Source: an uncultured Bacteroidales bacterium (lineage in GTDB: Bacteria; Bacteroidota; Bacteroidia; Bacteroidales; Paludibacteraceae). From it: a stretch of 64,000 bases of DNA. Under the pieces are notes generated by a model. It had not been told where the DNA came from, made no database searches, and saw only the letters and a program-made list of their open reading frames with translations. Location: assembly GCA_937885465.1 (NCBI GenBank), contig CAKZZM010000154.1, positions 7,760 to 71,759 on the forward strand, given 5' to 3'. A program made the translations under genes and the position numbers. This document shows positions 43,094 to 51,822 of this stretch, piece after piece. Positions within the stretch are counted from its first letter, which is position 1; every line of letters begins with the position of its first letter.

Positions 43094-45073
43094 TCAGACG
43101 TTCTCCACTAATGTCATCTCGCAGCGTTGGCAGTCTGTTTCAATGCGGAGGAGAGTATCGGCATGCCGTATATAAGCGGGTGTTTTTTGTTTGCTTGTGG
43201 TCTTCTTTTTTTTGCAGCAGTTCATCTCGTAGAGAATGCAATATTTGCAGGTCATCAATGGCGAGGGGTGAGAGTGGAGAGTGGAGAACGTCTGAGAACG
43301 TTCAATAGTGGAGAACGTCTCTGAACGTTCGGAGACGTTCTCCACTGTTGAGAGACGGTGAAAAACACCGTCTCTACCACGTTCGGAAGTGCTCTCTACA
43401 GAAGACGATGTTTGCTGTGCCTCAGAGCGGCTTTGCGGATGGCATTTCGACACTTGGTACTCAGTGATGAATTTTTCGACTGCTTTCCGGCGCCAATCGT
43501 TAAGTACGGAGGTACGAAGGAAATAGGGCGTTTGCCATTGAATGATGATTTCATCAGCAATAAGCGGTGTCCCGCCGAGTTTGGCTAACTGCTGTCTGAC
43601 TATGGTCTCTGCCCGTTCTGCATTTTCCGCCGCTTCGTGCGATGATTCAAAGTGAGAAGTCGCGGACGAGCCGTCCACGCCCCATTTCGCGGACGAGCCG
43701 TCCACGCCCCAGACGTTCACCACGCGGGAGTGTGCCGTTCTGATAGTTATGTCGAAACCTGCGTTTGTAGCACTGAAAATGATGCTGACGGGCAGGAGTC
43801 GCACAGCAGCATTATTCTGCATCAGAGTGCGGTTGAATTCTGCATCGAAGTTTCGGTAAACAGGTGTTCCCTCTTTTATCTTACCCATACCGTTGCTTGT
43901 GGAGAACGTCTGAGAACGTTCGGAGACGTTCTCCACTAATAAGTCTGAACGTTCAGAGACGTTCGCTACTGCACTCGAACGTTTAGAGACGTTCGCCACT
44001 GCGCTCGAACGTTCAGAGACGTTCGCCACTGCTGACCAGTAGCAGCCTTGTCCGTTGAAGGTCAGGCCATCGCCGTTGTGCATTGTTTTGCCGCGCAGCA
44101 AGCCTTGTGGTAGTGGGGCATAGCCTATTAGTTCGCCGGTGGATTTGGGCGTTTGTCGATTGACGAGGTTGTGGGGGCGTTCAAGCGAGAAGTATTCGGT
44201 GGAGCCGCGGTGGAAGGTCTTGACGGGGTCGGGCGTGAAGTTGAGTATTACTCGTCCGCGTGAGGTGCGGCTGACCCCGATGTCGTTGAGCAGTAAGTTG
44301 TAGTAGGCGGTGATATTTTTCACATAATCGATATCTTTCAAACGCCCCTCTATCTTAAGTGTTGTAACGCCTGTATCAAGCAGTTCTCTAAGATGGGCGG
44401 AGCGGTCGAGGTCGTAGAGCGAGAGTATATGTTGCTCTTTGGCAATCACTTTTTTGTCTTTGTCAAGTATGTCGTATGGCAGTCGGCACATCTGTGCACA
44501 TTCGCCTCTATTGGCTGACCTGCCGCATACTGCTTCGCTGAGGTAGCATATGCCCGAATAGCAGACGCATAAGGCACCATGTACAAACGCCTCTAATTCG
44601 CAGGTGGTGACGGCGCGTATCTCTGCCATCTGTTGGTACGATAGTTCTCGTGCAAGTACCACTCTGCTGAAGCCGAGTTGCTCAAGTGCCTGCACCTTCT
44701 CTGCCGTGCGGTTGTCGCATTGGGTGGAAGCATGAAGGCGAAAACCGGCTTGCAATAGTGTTTGAGCAAGGCGCATATCTTGAACAATAAGGGCATATAC
44801 TCCCGCTTCTCTGCATTGATACGCTATGCTCACTGCCTCGCCATACTCGTCTTCGCGCAGTAAAGTGTTGAGAGTAACTAATACTCTTGCATCCCAAAAA
44901 GAGGCATAGCGGACTAACTCCGCTATGTCCTCTATGCTGTTCCCCGCTGCTTTTCTTGCGCCGAAGGCGGGGCCACCTATATAAACGGCATCTGCACCGG
45001 CATCAATAGCAGCCTTGCCGACGGTTACATTCTTAGCCGGTGCGAGCAGTTCGATTTGTTTATCTCCTATCAC
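43094..45073 (-). CDS. peptidase U32 family protein carrying several in-frame repeat insertions
   Basis: GTG start at 45073 overlapping the flotillin stop. The N-terminal 330 aa are clearly U32 (IELLAPAKN...AGADAVYIGGPAFGARK...VHGALCVCYSGICYLS...CAQMCRLPY). Repeat-encoded stretches are listed below. The stop codon lies inside a RepA variant. Confidence 0.8.
   Translation of the reverse strand: MIGDKQIELLAPAKNVTVGKAAIDAGADAVYIGGPAFGARKAAGNSIEDIAELVRYASFWDARVLVTLNTLLREDEYGEAVSIAYQCREAGVYALIVQDMRLAQTLLQAGFRLHASTQCDNRTAEKVQALEQLGFSRVVLARELSYQQMAEIRAVTTCELEAFVHGALCVCYSGICYLSEAVCGRSANRGECAQMCRLPYDILDKDKKVIAKEQHILSLYDLDRSAHLRELLDTGVTTLKIEGRLKDIDYVKNITAYYNLLLNDIGVSRTSRGRVILNFTPDPVKTFHRGSTEYFSLERPHNLVNRQTPKSTGELIGYAPLPQGLLRGKTMHNGDGLTFNGQGCYWSAVANVSERSSAVANVSKRSSAVANVSERSDLLVENVSERSQTFSTSNGMGKIKEGTPVYRNFDAEFNRTLMQNNAAVRLLPVSIIFSATNAGFDITIRTAHSRVVNVWGVDGSSAKWGVDGSSATSHFESSHEAAENAERAETIVRQQLAKLGGTPLIADEIIIQWQTPYFLRTSVLNDWRRKAVEKFITEYQVSKCHPQSRSEAQQTSSSVESTSERGRDGVFHRLSTVENVSERSETFSTIERSQTFSTLHSHPSPLMTCKYCILYEMNCCKKKKTTSKQKTPAYIRHADTLLRIETDCQRCEMTLVENV
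43273..43380. repeat. RepA x3 + RepB inside the 3-prime part of the U32 gene
   Basis: RepA at 43281 and 43308, inverted tail to 43345, RepB 43346-43380. Encodes (minus strand) [33 protein letters not shown]. Confidence 0.9.
43659..43723. repeat. RepF x2 in tandem inside the U32 gene
   Basis: CGCGGACGAGCCGTCCACGCCCCA twice. Encodes WGVDGSSAKWGVDGSSA on the minus strand. Confidence 0.85.
43899..44030. repeat. five RepA-derived units inside the U32 gene, three of them as a 30-nt tandem array
   Basis: Encodes [47 protein letters not shown] on the minus strand. Confidence 0.9.
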
Positions 45074-46569
45074 TTCTTTATCTTGGCTTCCCCGGCTATT
45101 ACTTGGGAGTTATTCTGCATGATGCTTGCCATGTCAACGCCTGTTGCTTCTTTAATCACTTCCATGGTTTGCCGCATCACGACCGGCACATTACCCGATA
45201 TCCCTGCTGCTTCTGAGCCTGTGGTGCCATATACATGTACGTCGTTTATGGAAGAAAGCGGTTCGGCGACTTTAGCGGCTATGTCGGGCAGAATCTTAAC
45301 CATCATCTCTGCGATAGCAGCGCCGTTGTACTTCTTATATGCTTCTGCTTTCTTATCCATAGCAGCGGCTTCTGCCTCACCTTTAGCTTTTATAGCAGCG
45401 GCTTCTGCTTCGCCGACGGCTTTGATACCCGCTGCTTCTTGTTGCTTCTGGAAGAGTGCAGCTTCGGCTTGCGCCTTGATGGCGGCTGCCTGTTGCTCTG
45501 CCTCATAACGCTCTGCCTCCGCTTTGCGTTTGCGTTGCTCCAATTCAGCGGCGGCATTGACCTCTTTCTGGTACTTAGCGGCATCGGCCTGTTTGTTAAT
45601 CTCAGCGTCAAGACGCTTCTCTTGTATCGCTATCTCCTGTTCGCGAAGCAGTTGCTCTTGTTTGGCTTTTTCTACCTCGGCTTCTACAGTGAGGCGGTTA
45701 ATCTCTTTCTGACGCTCTTGCAGGCGGATAGAGCGTGCAGCCTCTGCCTCTACCGTCTTTATGTTAATCTCTTTTGCCTGCTCCTGACGCTGTATCTCGT
45801 AGGCCGCATCAGCGATAGCTGATTGAGTATCAGCCTGCTTCTTGAGGTCAGCCTGCTTAATGGCAAGTTCGGTGTTGCGGATAGCAATTTCCGTTTCTGC
45901 GGCAACACGAGCATCGTTAGCCTGCTTCGACGCTTCTGCGCGTGCAATGGCGACATCACGCTCTGCATTAGCCTTGTTGATAGAGGCATCTTTGGTGATC
46001 TTGCAAGTGTTGTCGGCACCGAGTGCGTGGATAAGACCTTCATTGTCGGTGATGGATTGTATGTTACAAGAGAGAATTTCAATACCGAGTTTGGCCATAT
46101 CGGGAGCAGCCTTTTCTTGTATCTGATTAGAGAACCCGTCGCGGTCCACGTTAAGTGAGCGCAGGTCTTGTGTGCCTATAATCTCACGCATATTACCTTG
46201 CAGTGAGTCGCGTATCTCAGATGCTATCTCCTGACGACTTTTACCGAGGAAGTTGGCAGCGGCGGTAGCAATATGAGCAGGGTCAATACGCACCTTCGCT
46301 ACGGCATCAACATCAACATTGATGAAGTCTGACGTGGGAACTGACGAGTCAGTCTTAATATCCACTGACAACTGACCGAGATAAAGGCGATCCACCTTTT
46401 GCAAGCCGGGAATACGCATACCGCCGGTACCGATGAGGAACTTGGGGTTCTTGCGAGGCCAGCCGGAGATGACGAGGGCTTGGTTAGGAGATGTCTTAAC
46501 GTAACACAGTGAGATAAACAGGATGAGTAGTGCCACTCCTGCGATGATAATGATTGTTGTAGGTTCCAT
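45070..46569 (-). CDS. flotillin-like SPFH/band-7 family protein
   Basis: I prefer the ATG at 46569 (MEPTTIIIIAGVALLILFISL, TM anchor). SPFH domain, then a long Ala/Glu/Lys-rich coiled coil (AEAERYEAEQQAAAIKAQAEAALFQKQQEAAGIKAVGEAEAAAIKAKGEAEAAAMDKKAEAYKKYN). Confidence 0.85.
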   Translation of the reverse strand: MEPTTIIIIAGVALLILFISLCYVKTSPNQALVISGWPRKNPKFLIGTGGMRIPGLQKVDRLYLGQLSVDIKTDSSVPTSDFINVDVDAVAKVRIDPAHIATAAANFLGKSRQEIASEIRDSLQGNMREIIGTQDLRSLNVDRDGFSNQIQEKAAPDMAKLGIEILSCNIQSITDNEGLIHALGADNTCKITKDASINKANAERDVAIARAEASKQANDARVAAETEIAIRNTELAIKQADLKKQADTQSAIADAAYEIQRQEQAKEINIKTVEAEAARSIRLQERQKEINRLTVEAEVEKAKQEQLLREQEIAIQEKRLDAEINKQADAAKYQKEVNAAAELEQRKRKAEAERYEAEQQAAAIKAQAEAALFQKQQEAAGIKAVGEAEAAAIKAKGEAEAAAMDKKAEAYKKYNGAAIAEMMVKILPDIAAKVAEPLSSINDVHVYGTTGSEAAGISGNVPVVMRQTMEVIKEATGVDMASIMQNNSQVIAGEAKIKK

Positions 46570-46690
46570 AGTTATATGTATAAAGGTTAAGTGCTGCAAA
46601 GTTATATATTTCAGAAGAAATACGCAAGAAAATTGTTAATATTTTCTTGCGTACATCGTTTTTTAGCAGTAATTTTGCAAACGTTTAGTA

Positions 46691-46815
46691 GTGAAGCTCT
46701 CCTATGCTTCATGCGAGGCATGGGAGTGCCTCGCTACTACAACTACCGGAACGTTCGGAGACGTTCTCCACTATTTTATCGCGGACGAGCCGTCCGCGTC
46801 CCAGACGTTCTCCAC
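46691..46815. repeat. inverted RepH (46691-46737) - inverted RepA (46749-46771) - RepF (to 46815)
   Basis: Read directly upstream of smpB. This sequence explains the spurious 5-prime extension of the ORF-track entry 46704..47309. Confidence 0.9.
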
Positions 46816-46856
46816 GAAAACAGAAAATAACAGTTGCCCCTTCGGTTGTAAGCACT

Positions 46857-47309
46857 ATGCTTCCGTCATCAAAAGTAAATATTAGAAATAAGCGTGCCTT
46901 TTTTGACTATGAGGTACTTGAGCGTTATACTGCCGGTCTCCAACTATTCGGTACGGAGATTAAGTCGATACGCGAGAGCAAGGCTTCGCTTGCTGACACT
47001 TACTGTTCGTTCGAAGGCAGTGAGTTATGGGTGAGAGGTATGCATATAGCGCAATATGCCTTCGGGTCGTATAATAACCATGAGGCGAAGCGGAACAGGA
47101 AACTGCTTCTTAACAAAAGAGAGTTAAGGAAGTTGGAAAAGGCAGTAAAAGATACGGGGAAGACTATCATTCCGCTGTCGCTTTTTATTAATGAGAAAGG
47201 ACTTGCCAAATTGGAGATTGCCCTTTGTCAGGGCAAGCATACCTACGATAAGCGTCAGGCTCTGAGAGAGAAAGACGATAGGCGAGAAATGGTGGAAAGT
47301 GGATGGTAG
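46857..47309 (+). CDS. smpB: SsrA-binding protein SmpB
   Basis: 150 aa from the ATG at 46857. [29 protein letters not shown] and [19 protein letters not shown] are canonical SmpB blocks. Confidence 0.93.
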   Translation: MLPSSKVNIRNKRAFFDYEVLERYTAGLQLFGTEIKSIRESKASLADTYCSFEGSELWVRGMHIAQYAFGSYNNHEAKRNRKLLLNKRELRKLEKAVKDTGKTIIPLSLFINEKGLAKLEIALCQGKHTYDKRQALREKDDRREMVESGW

Positions 47310-47335
47310 AGACGGTCTTTTCGACCGTCTCTCAA
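47305..47335 (+). repeat. RepB hairpin containing the smpB stop codon
   Basis: GGTAGAGACGGTCTTTTCGACCGTCTCTCAA. The TAG at 47307-47309 is the smpB stop. Confidence 0.92.
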
Positions 47336-47371
47336 AGAAGTCGAAAGTTACAGTAAATAGAAAATAAATAT

Positions 47372-48898
47372 ATGAGTAAAGCATTATTAATGATTCTCGA
47401 CGGCTGGGGAATCGGACACAAAGACAAAGCCGATGCGATAAGTCAGACCTCTACCCCTCACTGGGATAAGTTACTTGCAGATTATCCTAATTCTCAACTT
47501 CAGGCGAGTGGCGAGAATGTAGGTCTGCCTGATGGTCAGATGGGTAATTCTGAGGTCGGGCACCTCAATATAGGTGCGGGGCGCGTTGTTTATCAAGACC
47601 TCGTTAAGATTAATCGTGCCTGCAAAGATGGCAGTATAATGCAGAACCCTGAGATACAGGCTGCATATTCGTATGCTAAAGAGAGCGGCAAGCAACTGCA
47701 TATCATGGGTCTGACATCTGATGGCGGTGTGCACTCTTCTTTGGAGCACCTCTTTTTTCTTTGCGACATCGCCAAGGAATATGGTCTGCAAGGTAAGACT
47801 TTTATCCACTGTTTCATGGATGGCAGGGATACCGATCCCCGTTCGGGCATAGGTTTCATTGACCAACTTGAGGCTCATTGCGCTCGGTCGGCAGGTGAGA
47901 TAGCTTCTATCTGCGGTCGTTTTTATGCTATGGACCGCGATAAGCGTTGGGAGCGAATCAAAGAAGGATATGATTTGCTTGTGAGCGGCAAAGGTGCTGA
48001 GTTCGAGAATATGCATGAGGCCATGCAGGCAAGTTACGACAGCGGAGTGACGGATGAGTTTATTAAACCGATAGTACGTATGCGTGGTGGTAAACCGCTT
48101 GCAACGATAGAGGAGGGGGATGTGGTAATCTTCTTTAACTATCGCAACGACCGCGCCAAAGAGATAACGATAGCCCTCACGCAGCAGGAAATGCCGGAGC
48201 ATGGAATGCATACCATTAAGAATCTGCACTATTGTTGCATGACGCCTTACGACTCTTCGTTCACGGGACTGCATATCCTCTTCCCGAAAGAGAATGTGAA
48301 CAATACCTTAGGTGAGATAGTCTCAAAGGCGGGCATGAAACAGTTGCGCATTGCCGAAACGGAGAAGTTTGCACATGTTACCTTCTTCTTCTCAGGAGGG
48401 CGTGAAGCGGAATTCGAAGGTGAGGACCGTATTCTTATACCTTCACCTAAGGTACCTACATACGACCTGCAGCCGATGATGTCTGCACCTGAAGTAACGA
48501 TAGCCTTGCGCGACGCATTGAACTCGCAGAAATATGACTGCATCATTCTCAATTATGCCAATGGCGATATGGTCGGACATACGGGCGTGTATAATTCCAT
48601 TCAGCAGGCAATAACGGCGATAGATATATGCGTAAATGAGACGGTTGAGGCAGCGCGCCGTAACGGCTATGAGGTGATTATCATTGCTGACCATGGTAAC
48701 TGCGATCATGCAATCAACGATGACGGTACGCCTAATACTGCTCACTCACTCAACCCTGTGCCGTTCGTGTATATAAGCGATAATAAGGACGCAAAGGTTG
48801 AGAACGGTATCCTTGCCGATGTGGCACCGTCGCTCTGCCATATTCTTGGTATTGAGCAGCCACAGGAGATGACGGGCCATTGCCTGATTAGAAAGTAA
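47372..48898 (+). CDS. gpmI: 2,3-bisphosphoglycerate-independent phosphoglycerate mutase
   Basis: 508 aa. [36 protein letters not shown] blocks. Confidence 0.95.
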   Translation: MSKALLMILDGWGIGHKDKADAISQTSTPHWDKLLADYPNSQLQASGENVGLPDGQMGNSEVGHLNIGAGRVVYQDLVKINRACKDGSIMQNPEIQAAYSYAKESGKQLHIMGLTSDGGVHSSLEHLFFLCDIAKEYGLQGKTFIHCFMDGRDTDPRSGIGFIDQLEAHCARSAGEIASICGRFYAMDRDKRWERIKEGYDLLVSGKGAEFENMHEAMQASYDSGVTDEFIKPIVRMRGGKPLATIEEGDVVIFFNYRNDRAKEITIALTQQEMPEHGMHTIKNLHYCCMTPYDSSFTGLHILFPKENVNNTLGEIVSKAGMKQLRIAETEKFAHVTFFFSGGREAEFEGEDRILIPSPKVPTYDLQPMMSAPEVTIALRDALNSQKYDCIILNYANGDMVGHTGVYNSIQQAITAIDICVNETVEAARRNGYEVIIIADHGNCDHAINDDGTPNTAHSLNPVPFVYISDNKDAKVENGILADVAPSLCHILGIEQPQEMTGHCLIRK

Positions 48899-48914
48899 CA
48901 GGTCTAATTTGTCC

Positions 48915-48968
48915 TTTGTACATTGTACATTGTCCATTTGTACATTGTACATTGTCCCTTTGTACATA
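48915..48968. repeat. TGTACAT-based tandem repeat (22-nt unit TTTGTACATTGTACATTGTCCN, about 2.4 copies)
   Basis: Read directly after the gpmI stop. Confidence 0.85.
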
Positions 48969-48973
48969 ATTTG

Positions 48974-49252
48974 ATGCGTCGATTAGATAAATACTCAGTA
49001 GGAATAGTGCTTGGCTTGCTATTGCCGGCACTGTTCTGCTATGTATATATATCGAGGTTTAATCTGTGGGGTGTATTGAAAGCATTTGACTTCTCCGCCA
49101 ACAGTGTGCTGAGCAAAATGATGATGCTATCGGTGTTTCCTAATATGGCGCTGCTCTTTCTCTTTTATGAGATGGACCTATGGCGTTTGGCGAAGGGAGT
49201 GTTGATAGGTGCCTTCCCGTATATTATTGCTGCTATTTGGTTTACTATATGA
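48974..49252 (+). CDS. small membrane protein (92 aa, about 3 TM), translationally coupled to lpxB
   Basis: MRRLDKYSVGIVLGLLLPALFCYVYI... Its stop overlaps the lpxB ATG (ATGA at 49249-49252). The ORF-track start 48923 lies in the tandem repeat. Confidence 0.5.
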   Translation: MRRLDKYSVGIVLGLLLPALFCYVYISRFNLWGVLKAFDFSANSVLSKMMMLSVFPNMALLFLFYEMDLWRLAKGVLIGAFPYIIAAIWFTI

Positions 49253-50673
49253 CGGTATTCCTTATAGCAGGTGAGGCATCGGGCGACACGCATGCTGCCC
49301 GACTGATGCAGGCAATGAAAGTATTGCAAAGCGATATCCGCTTTGTCGGATTAGGCGGTGATGCGATGAGACGCGAGGGAGCGGTGCTCTATCAAGACTA
49401 CCGTGAGATGGCTTTTATGGGGATATTTGCCGTGCTGAGCAATTTGAGTAAGGTGAGGCGTAATTTCAAGATTGCCCGCGAAGCACTGCTGAAAGAGAAG
49501 CCGGATGTGCTGATATTGATTGATTATCCCTCGTTTAACCTGCGGATGGCGCAGTTCTGCCGTGAGCATCTGCCTGCTACTCGTATCGTCTATTATATCC
49601 CGCCCAAAGTATGGGCATGGAAGCGCTGGAGAGTACATAAGATTGCTCGTCTGTGTGACGAGGTGTTAGGTATATTCCCTTTCGAACCGGATTTTTACTC
49701 GCGATATGGTTACAAATGTACTTATATAGGCAATCCTACAGTGGAGGAGGTAACGAGTACAGAGTGGAGAACGTCTGAGAACGTTCAAAAAAAGGCGGAG
49801 AGGGCAGGGGAAGAAAGCGATTTAGCGAACGGCAATTCGAGAATTATCGCTGTTCTGCCGGGCTCTCGGCGAAGTGAGATAGAACATTGTCTGCGAAAAA
49901 TGGTTGAAGCCGCACAATTGGCAGCACCCGGTTATGATATTGTTGTGGCAGGTGCTGAGGGGCAAAGCAGAGAATTATATGAGCAACAACTAAAAATATC
50001 CGGGGGGTTGGACCCCTCCGCTCCGTCAAGAGACAGTGGAGAACGTCTGAGAACGTCTGGCGGTAGATACGGTGGAAAACACCATCTCTCAAATAGTGGA
50101 GAACGTCTGAGAACGTCTGGCGACTCTGCACCAAAGGTGAGGGTGGTGTTTGGCAGTACTCATGATATATTAAGGCAGGCGGACGCTGCTATTATCAATT
50201 CGGGAACGGCAACGCTTGAGGGTGCATTGCTAAGGTGTCCGCAGGTGGCTGTATATCATATCGCTGTGCCTCACGCTATATTATTTAGCAGGTTGTTGTT
50301 CAGCAGTCCGTATTTTACTCTGCCTAATATCCTGCTTCAGAGAGAGGTAATCTCGGAACTGATAGGTTACCGATTTACGGTTCAGCGAACGGCAGATGAA
50401 CTGAGGAAACTATTGCAAACTGATGAAAGACAGTGGCGAATGTCAGAGAACGTTCATAACTCTCGTCTTTATAATGTCGGCATTAAATGCCGACGTTTGG
50501 AGCGGAGCTCGTCTGAGAACGTTCAAAAAGAGTCCTCCGCTCCTTTCGGGACCGGCGAGACCGAGAGCGCGAGACAAAGGCAATTGCAAGGCTATGAAGA
50601 GATAGCAAATATGCTTGGAAAGCAAAACGCCGCGGAGACTGCTGCAAAAATTATACTGAAACATCGAGAGTGA
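49249..50673 (+). CDS. lpxB: lipid-A-disaccharide synthase LpxB with three in-frame repeat insertions
   Basis: Collinear with E. coli LpxB as I recall it: IAGEASGD, DYPSFNLR, IPPKVWAWKRWR, LPGSRRSEI, SGTATLE, LPNILL. It is 474 aa versus about 380 for typical LpxB. The excess maps to RepA/RepB/RepD sequence. Confidence 0.85.
   Translation: MTVFLIAGEASGDTHAARLMQAMKVLQSDIRFVGLGGDAMRREGAVLYQDYREMAFMGIFAVLSNLSKVRRNFKIAREALLKEKPDVLILIDYPSFNLRMAQFCREHLPATRIVYYIPPKVWAWKRWRVHKIARLCDEVLGIFPFEPDFYSRYGYKCTYIGNPTVEEVTSTEWRTSENVQKKAERAGEESDLANGNSRIIAVLPGSRRSEIEHCLRKMVEAAQLAAPGYDIVVAGAEGQSRELYEQQLKISGGLDPSAPSRDSGERLRTSGGRYGGKHHLSNSGERLRTSGDSAPKVRVVFGSTHDILRQADAAIINSGTATLEGALLRCPQVAVYHIAVPHAILFSRLLFSSPYFTLPNILLQREVISELIGYRFTVQRTADELRKLLQTDERQWRMSENVHNSRLYNVGIKCRRLERSSSENVQKESSAPFGTGETESARQRQLQGYEEIANMLGKQNAAETAAKIILKHRE
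49764..49786 (+). repeat. RepA (loop variant CTGAGA; 5-prime TAG changed to GAG) in frame in lpxB
   Basis: GAG TGG AGA ACG TCT GAG AAC GTT CAA = EWRTSENVQ. Confidence 0.92.
50036..50117 (+). repeat. RepA-RepB-RepA composite module in frame in lpxB
   Basis: Translated as [29 protein letters not shown]. It is near-collinear with the module at 17827-17909, including the junction GAACGTCTGGCGGTAGA. Confidence 0.92.
50431..50527 (+). repeat. degenerate RepA - RepD - degenerate RepA in frame in lpxB
   Basis: CAGTGGCGAATGTCAGAGAACGTTC + TCTCGTCTTTATAATGTCGGCATTAAATGCCGAC + ...GTCTGAGAACGTTC. Translated as QWRMSENVHNSRLYNVGIKCRRLERSSSENVQ. Confidence 0.88.
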
Positions 50674-50736
50674 TACCTTCGTACCTCGTACATTAGTCCT
50701 TCGTACTTCGTCCGACACTCTAACTACTATACGATT

Positions 50737-51822
50737 ATGTTACTACTTTTTATATTTTTAATTTCAGCATTAGTTATTTCTTTTCTATGCTCTATCTTAG
50801 AGTCTTCGCTTCTCTCGACCACTTTTTCGTATTTGCAGATGAAGGAGGATGAGGGCGATAAGGCTGCTGTGCGATTGAAGCAGTACAAGCAGGAGAGTGA
50901 GCGTCCGCTCGCTGCTATCCTGTCGCTGAATACGATAGCAAACACTATAGGTGCTGCCGGCATAGGACAACAGGCAACATTAATCTTCGGCAGTAAGTGG
51001 TTTGGCTTGGTATCGGCAATAACAACTATTCTTATTCTTGTTTTTTCAGAGATTATCCCAAAGACCATCGGTTCTACTTATTGGCGATCGCTCACCGCTT
51101 TTACTGCTAATACTCTTAGGGTGCTGATTTTTATTATGTTCCCTGTTGTGTGGTGTGTGGAAAAGATAACTCAGATGATAACGCCGAAAGATGCCGAGGA
51201 GGCGTCCGTATCAAGAGAAGAAGTGAGCGCAATGGCGAATGTGGGAGAAGAAGAGGGAGTGTTTGATGAGGATGAGAATAAGATTATTCAGAATATCATT
51301 AAGTTGGACGATGTTAAGGCTTACGATATTATGACACCTCGCGTCGTTTGTGCTACGGCACCGGAAACGATGACTCTGCAAGATTTTTATAAAGAAGACC
51401 GCTATGATCACTTCTCTCGTATCCCCGTATATGCTGACTCTCCTGAGTTTATCACGGGTTATGTACTTCGTTCTGATGCGCTTGAGATGCTGGCAGAGGA
51501 TAAGTTCCATATTCGTCTTGGTGATATTAAGCGTCCTCTGCCTTACTTCAATGAGGAGACCGCTATACCCGATATATGGGACGCGCTGATAGAGCATAAG
51601 GAGCAGATTTCCATCGTTATTGATGAATATGGTGCGATGCAGGGAATATTAACGCTTGAAGATGTAATCGAAACGGTCTTCGGACTGGAGATTACCGACG
51701 AGAACGATCAGTTCACTGATATGCAGCAGTATGCCCGTGAGCGTTGGCAGCAGAGGCAAAAACGCTTCCAGACGGTCAGCATTCCGAAAGTAGAAAGTGA
51801 AAAGTTGAAAGTTGAAAGTTGA
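50737..51822 (+). CDS. CNNM/DUF21 transmembrane + CBS-pair domain protein (HlyC/CorC-type transporter family)
   Basis: The N-terminal 4-TM DUF21-like region ends in SEIIPKTIG, followed by two CBS motifs. The last about 11 codons (KVESEKLKVES) and the stop lie in a RepG heptamer array. Confidence 0.85.
   Translation: MLLLFIFLISALVISFLCSILESSLLSTTFSYLQMKEDEGDKAAVRLKQYKQESERPLAAILSLNTIANTIGAAGIGQQATLIFGSKWFGLVSAITTILILVFSEIIPKTIGSTYWRSLTAFTANTLRVLIFIMFPVVWCVEKITQMITPKDAEEASVSREEVSAMANVGEEEGVFDEDENKIIQNIIKLDDVKAYDIMTPRVVCATAPETMTLQDFYKEDRYDHFSRIPVYADSPEFITGYVLRSDALEMLAEDKFHIRLGDIKRPLPYFNEETAIPDIWDALIEHKEQISIVIDEYGAMQGILTLEDVIETVFGLEITDENDQFTDMQQYARERWQQRQKRFQTVSIPKVESEKLKVES

Noticed and set aside
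49764-50527. The inserted segments might be inteins or other protein-splicing elements.
   Set aside because: They are far too short (8-58 residues), they lack intein block motifs and nucleophilic junction residues, and their sequence is identical to non-coding intergenic repeats.
49249-50673. lpxB, the U32 gene (43094..45073), agaS and paralogue 1 might be pseudogenes disrupted by mobile DNA.
   Set aside because: In every case the reading frame stays open across the insertion, the insertion length is a multiple of three, and conserved motifs on both sides remain collinear with homologues. I therefore annotate them as intact CDSs. Functionality is still unproven.
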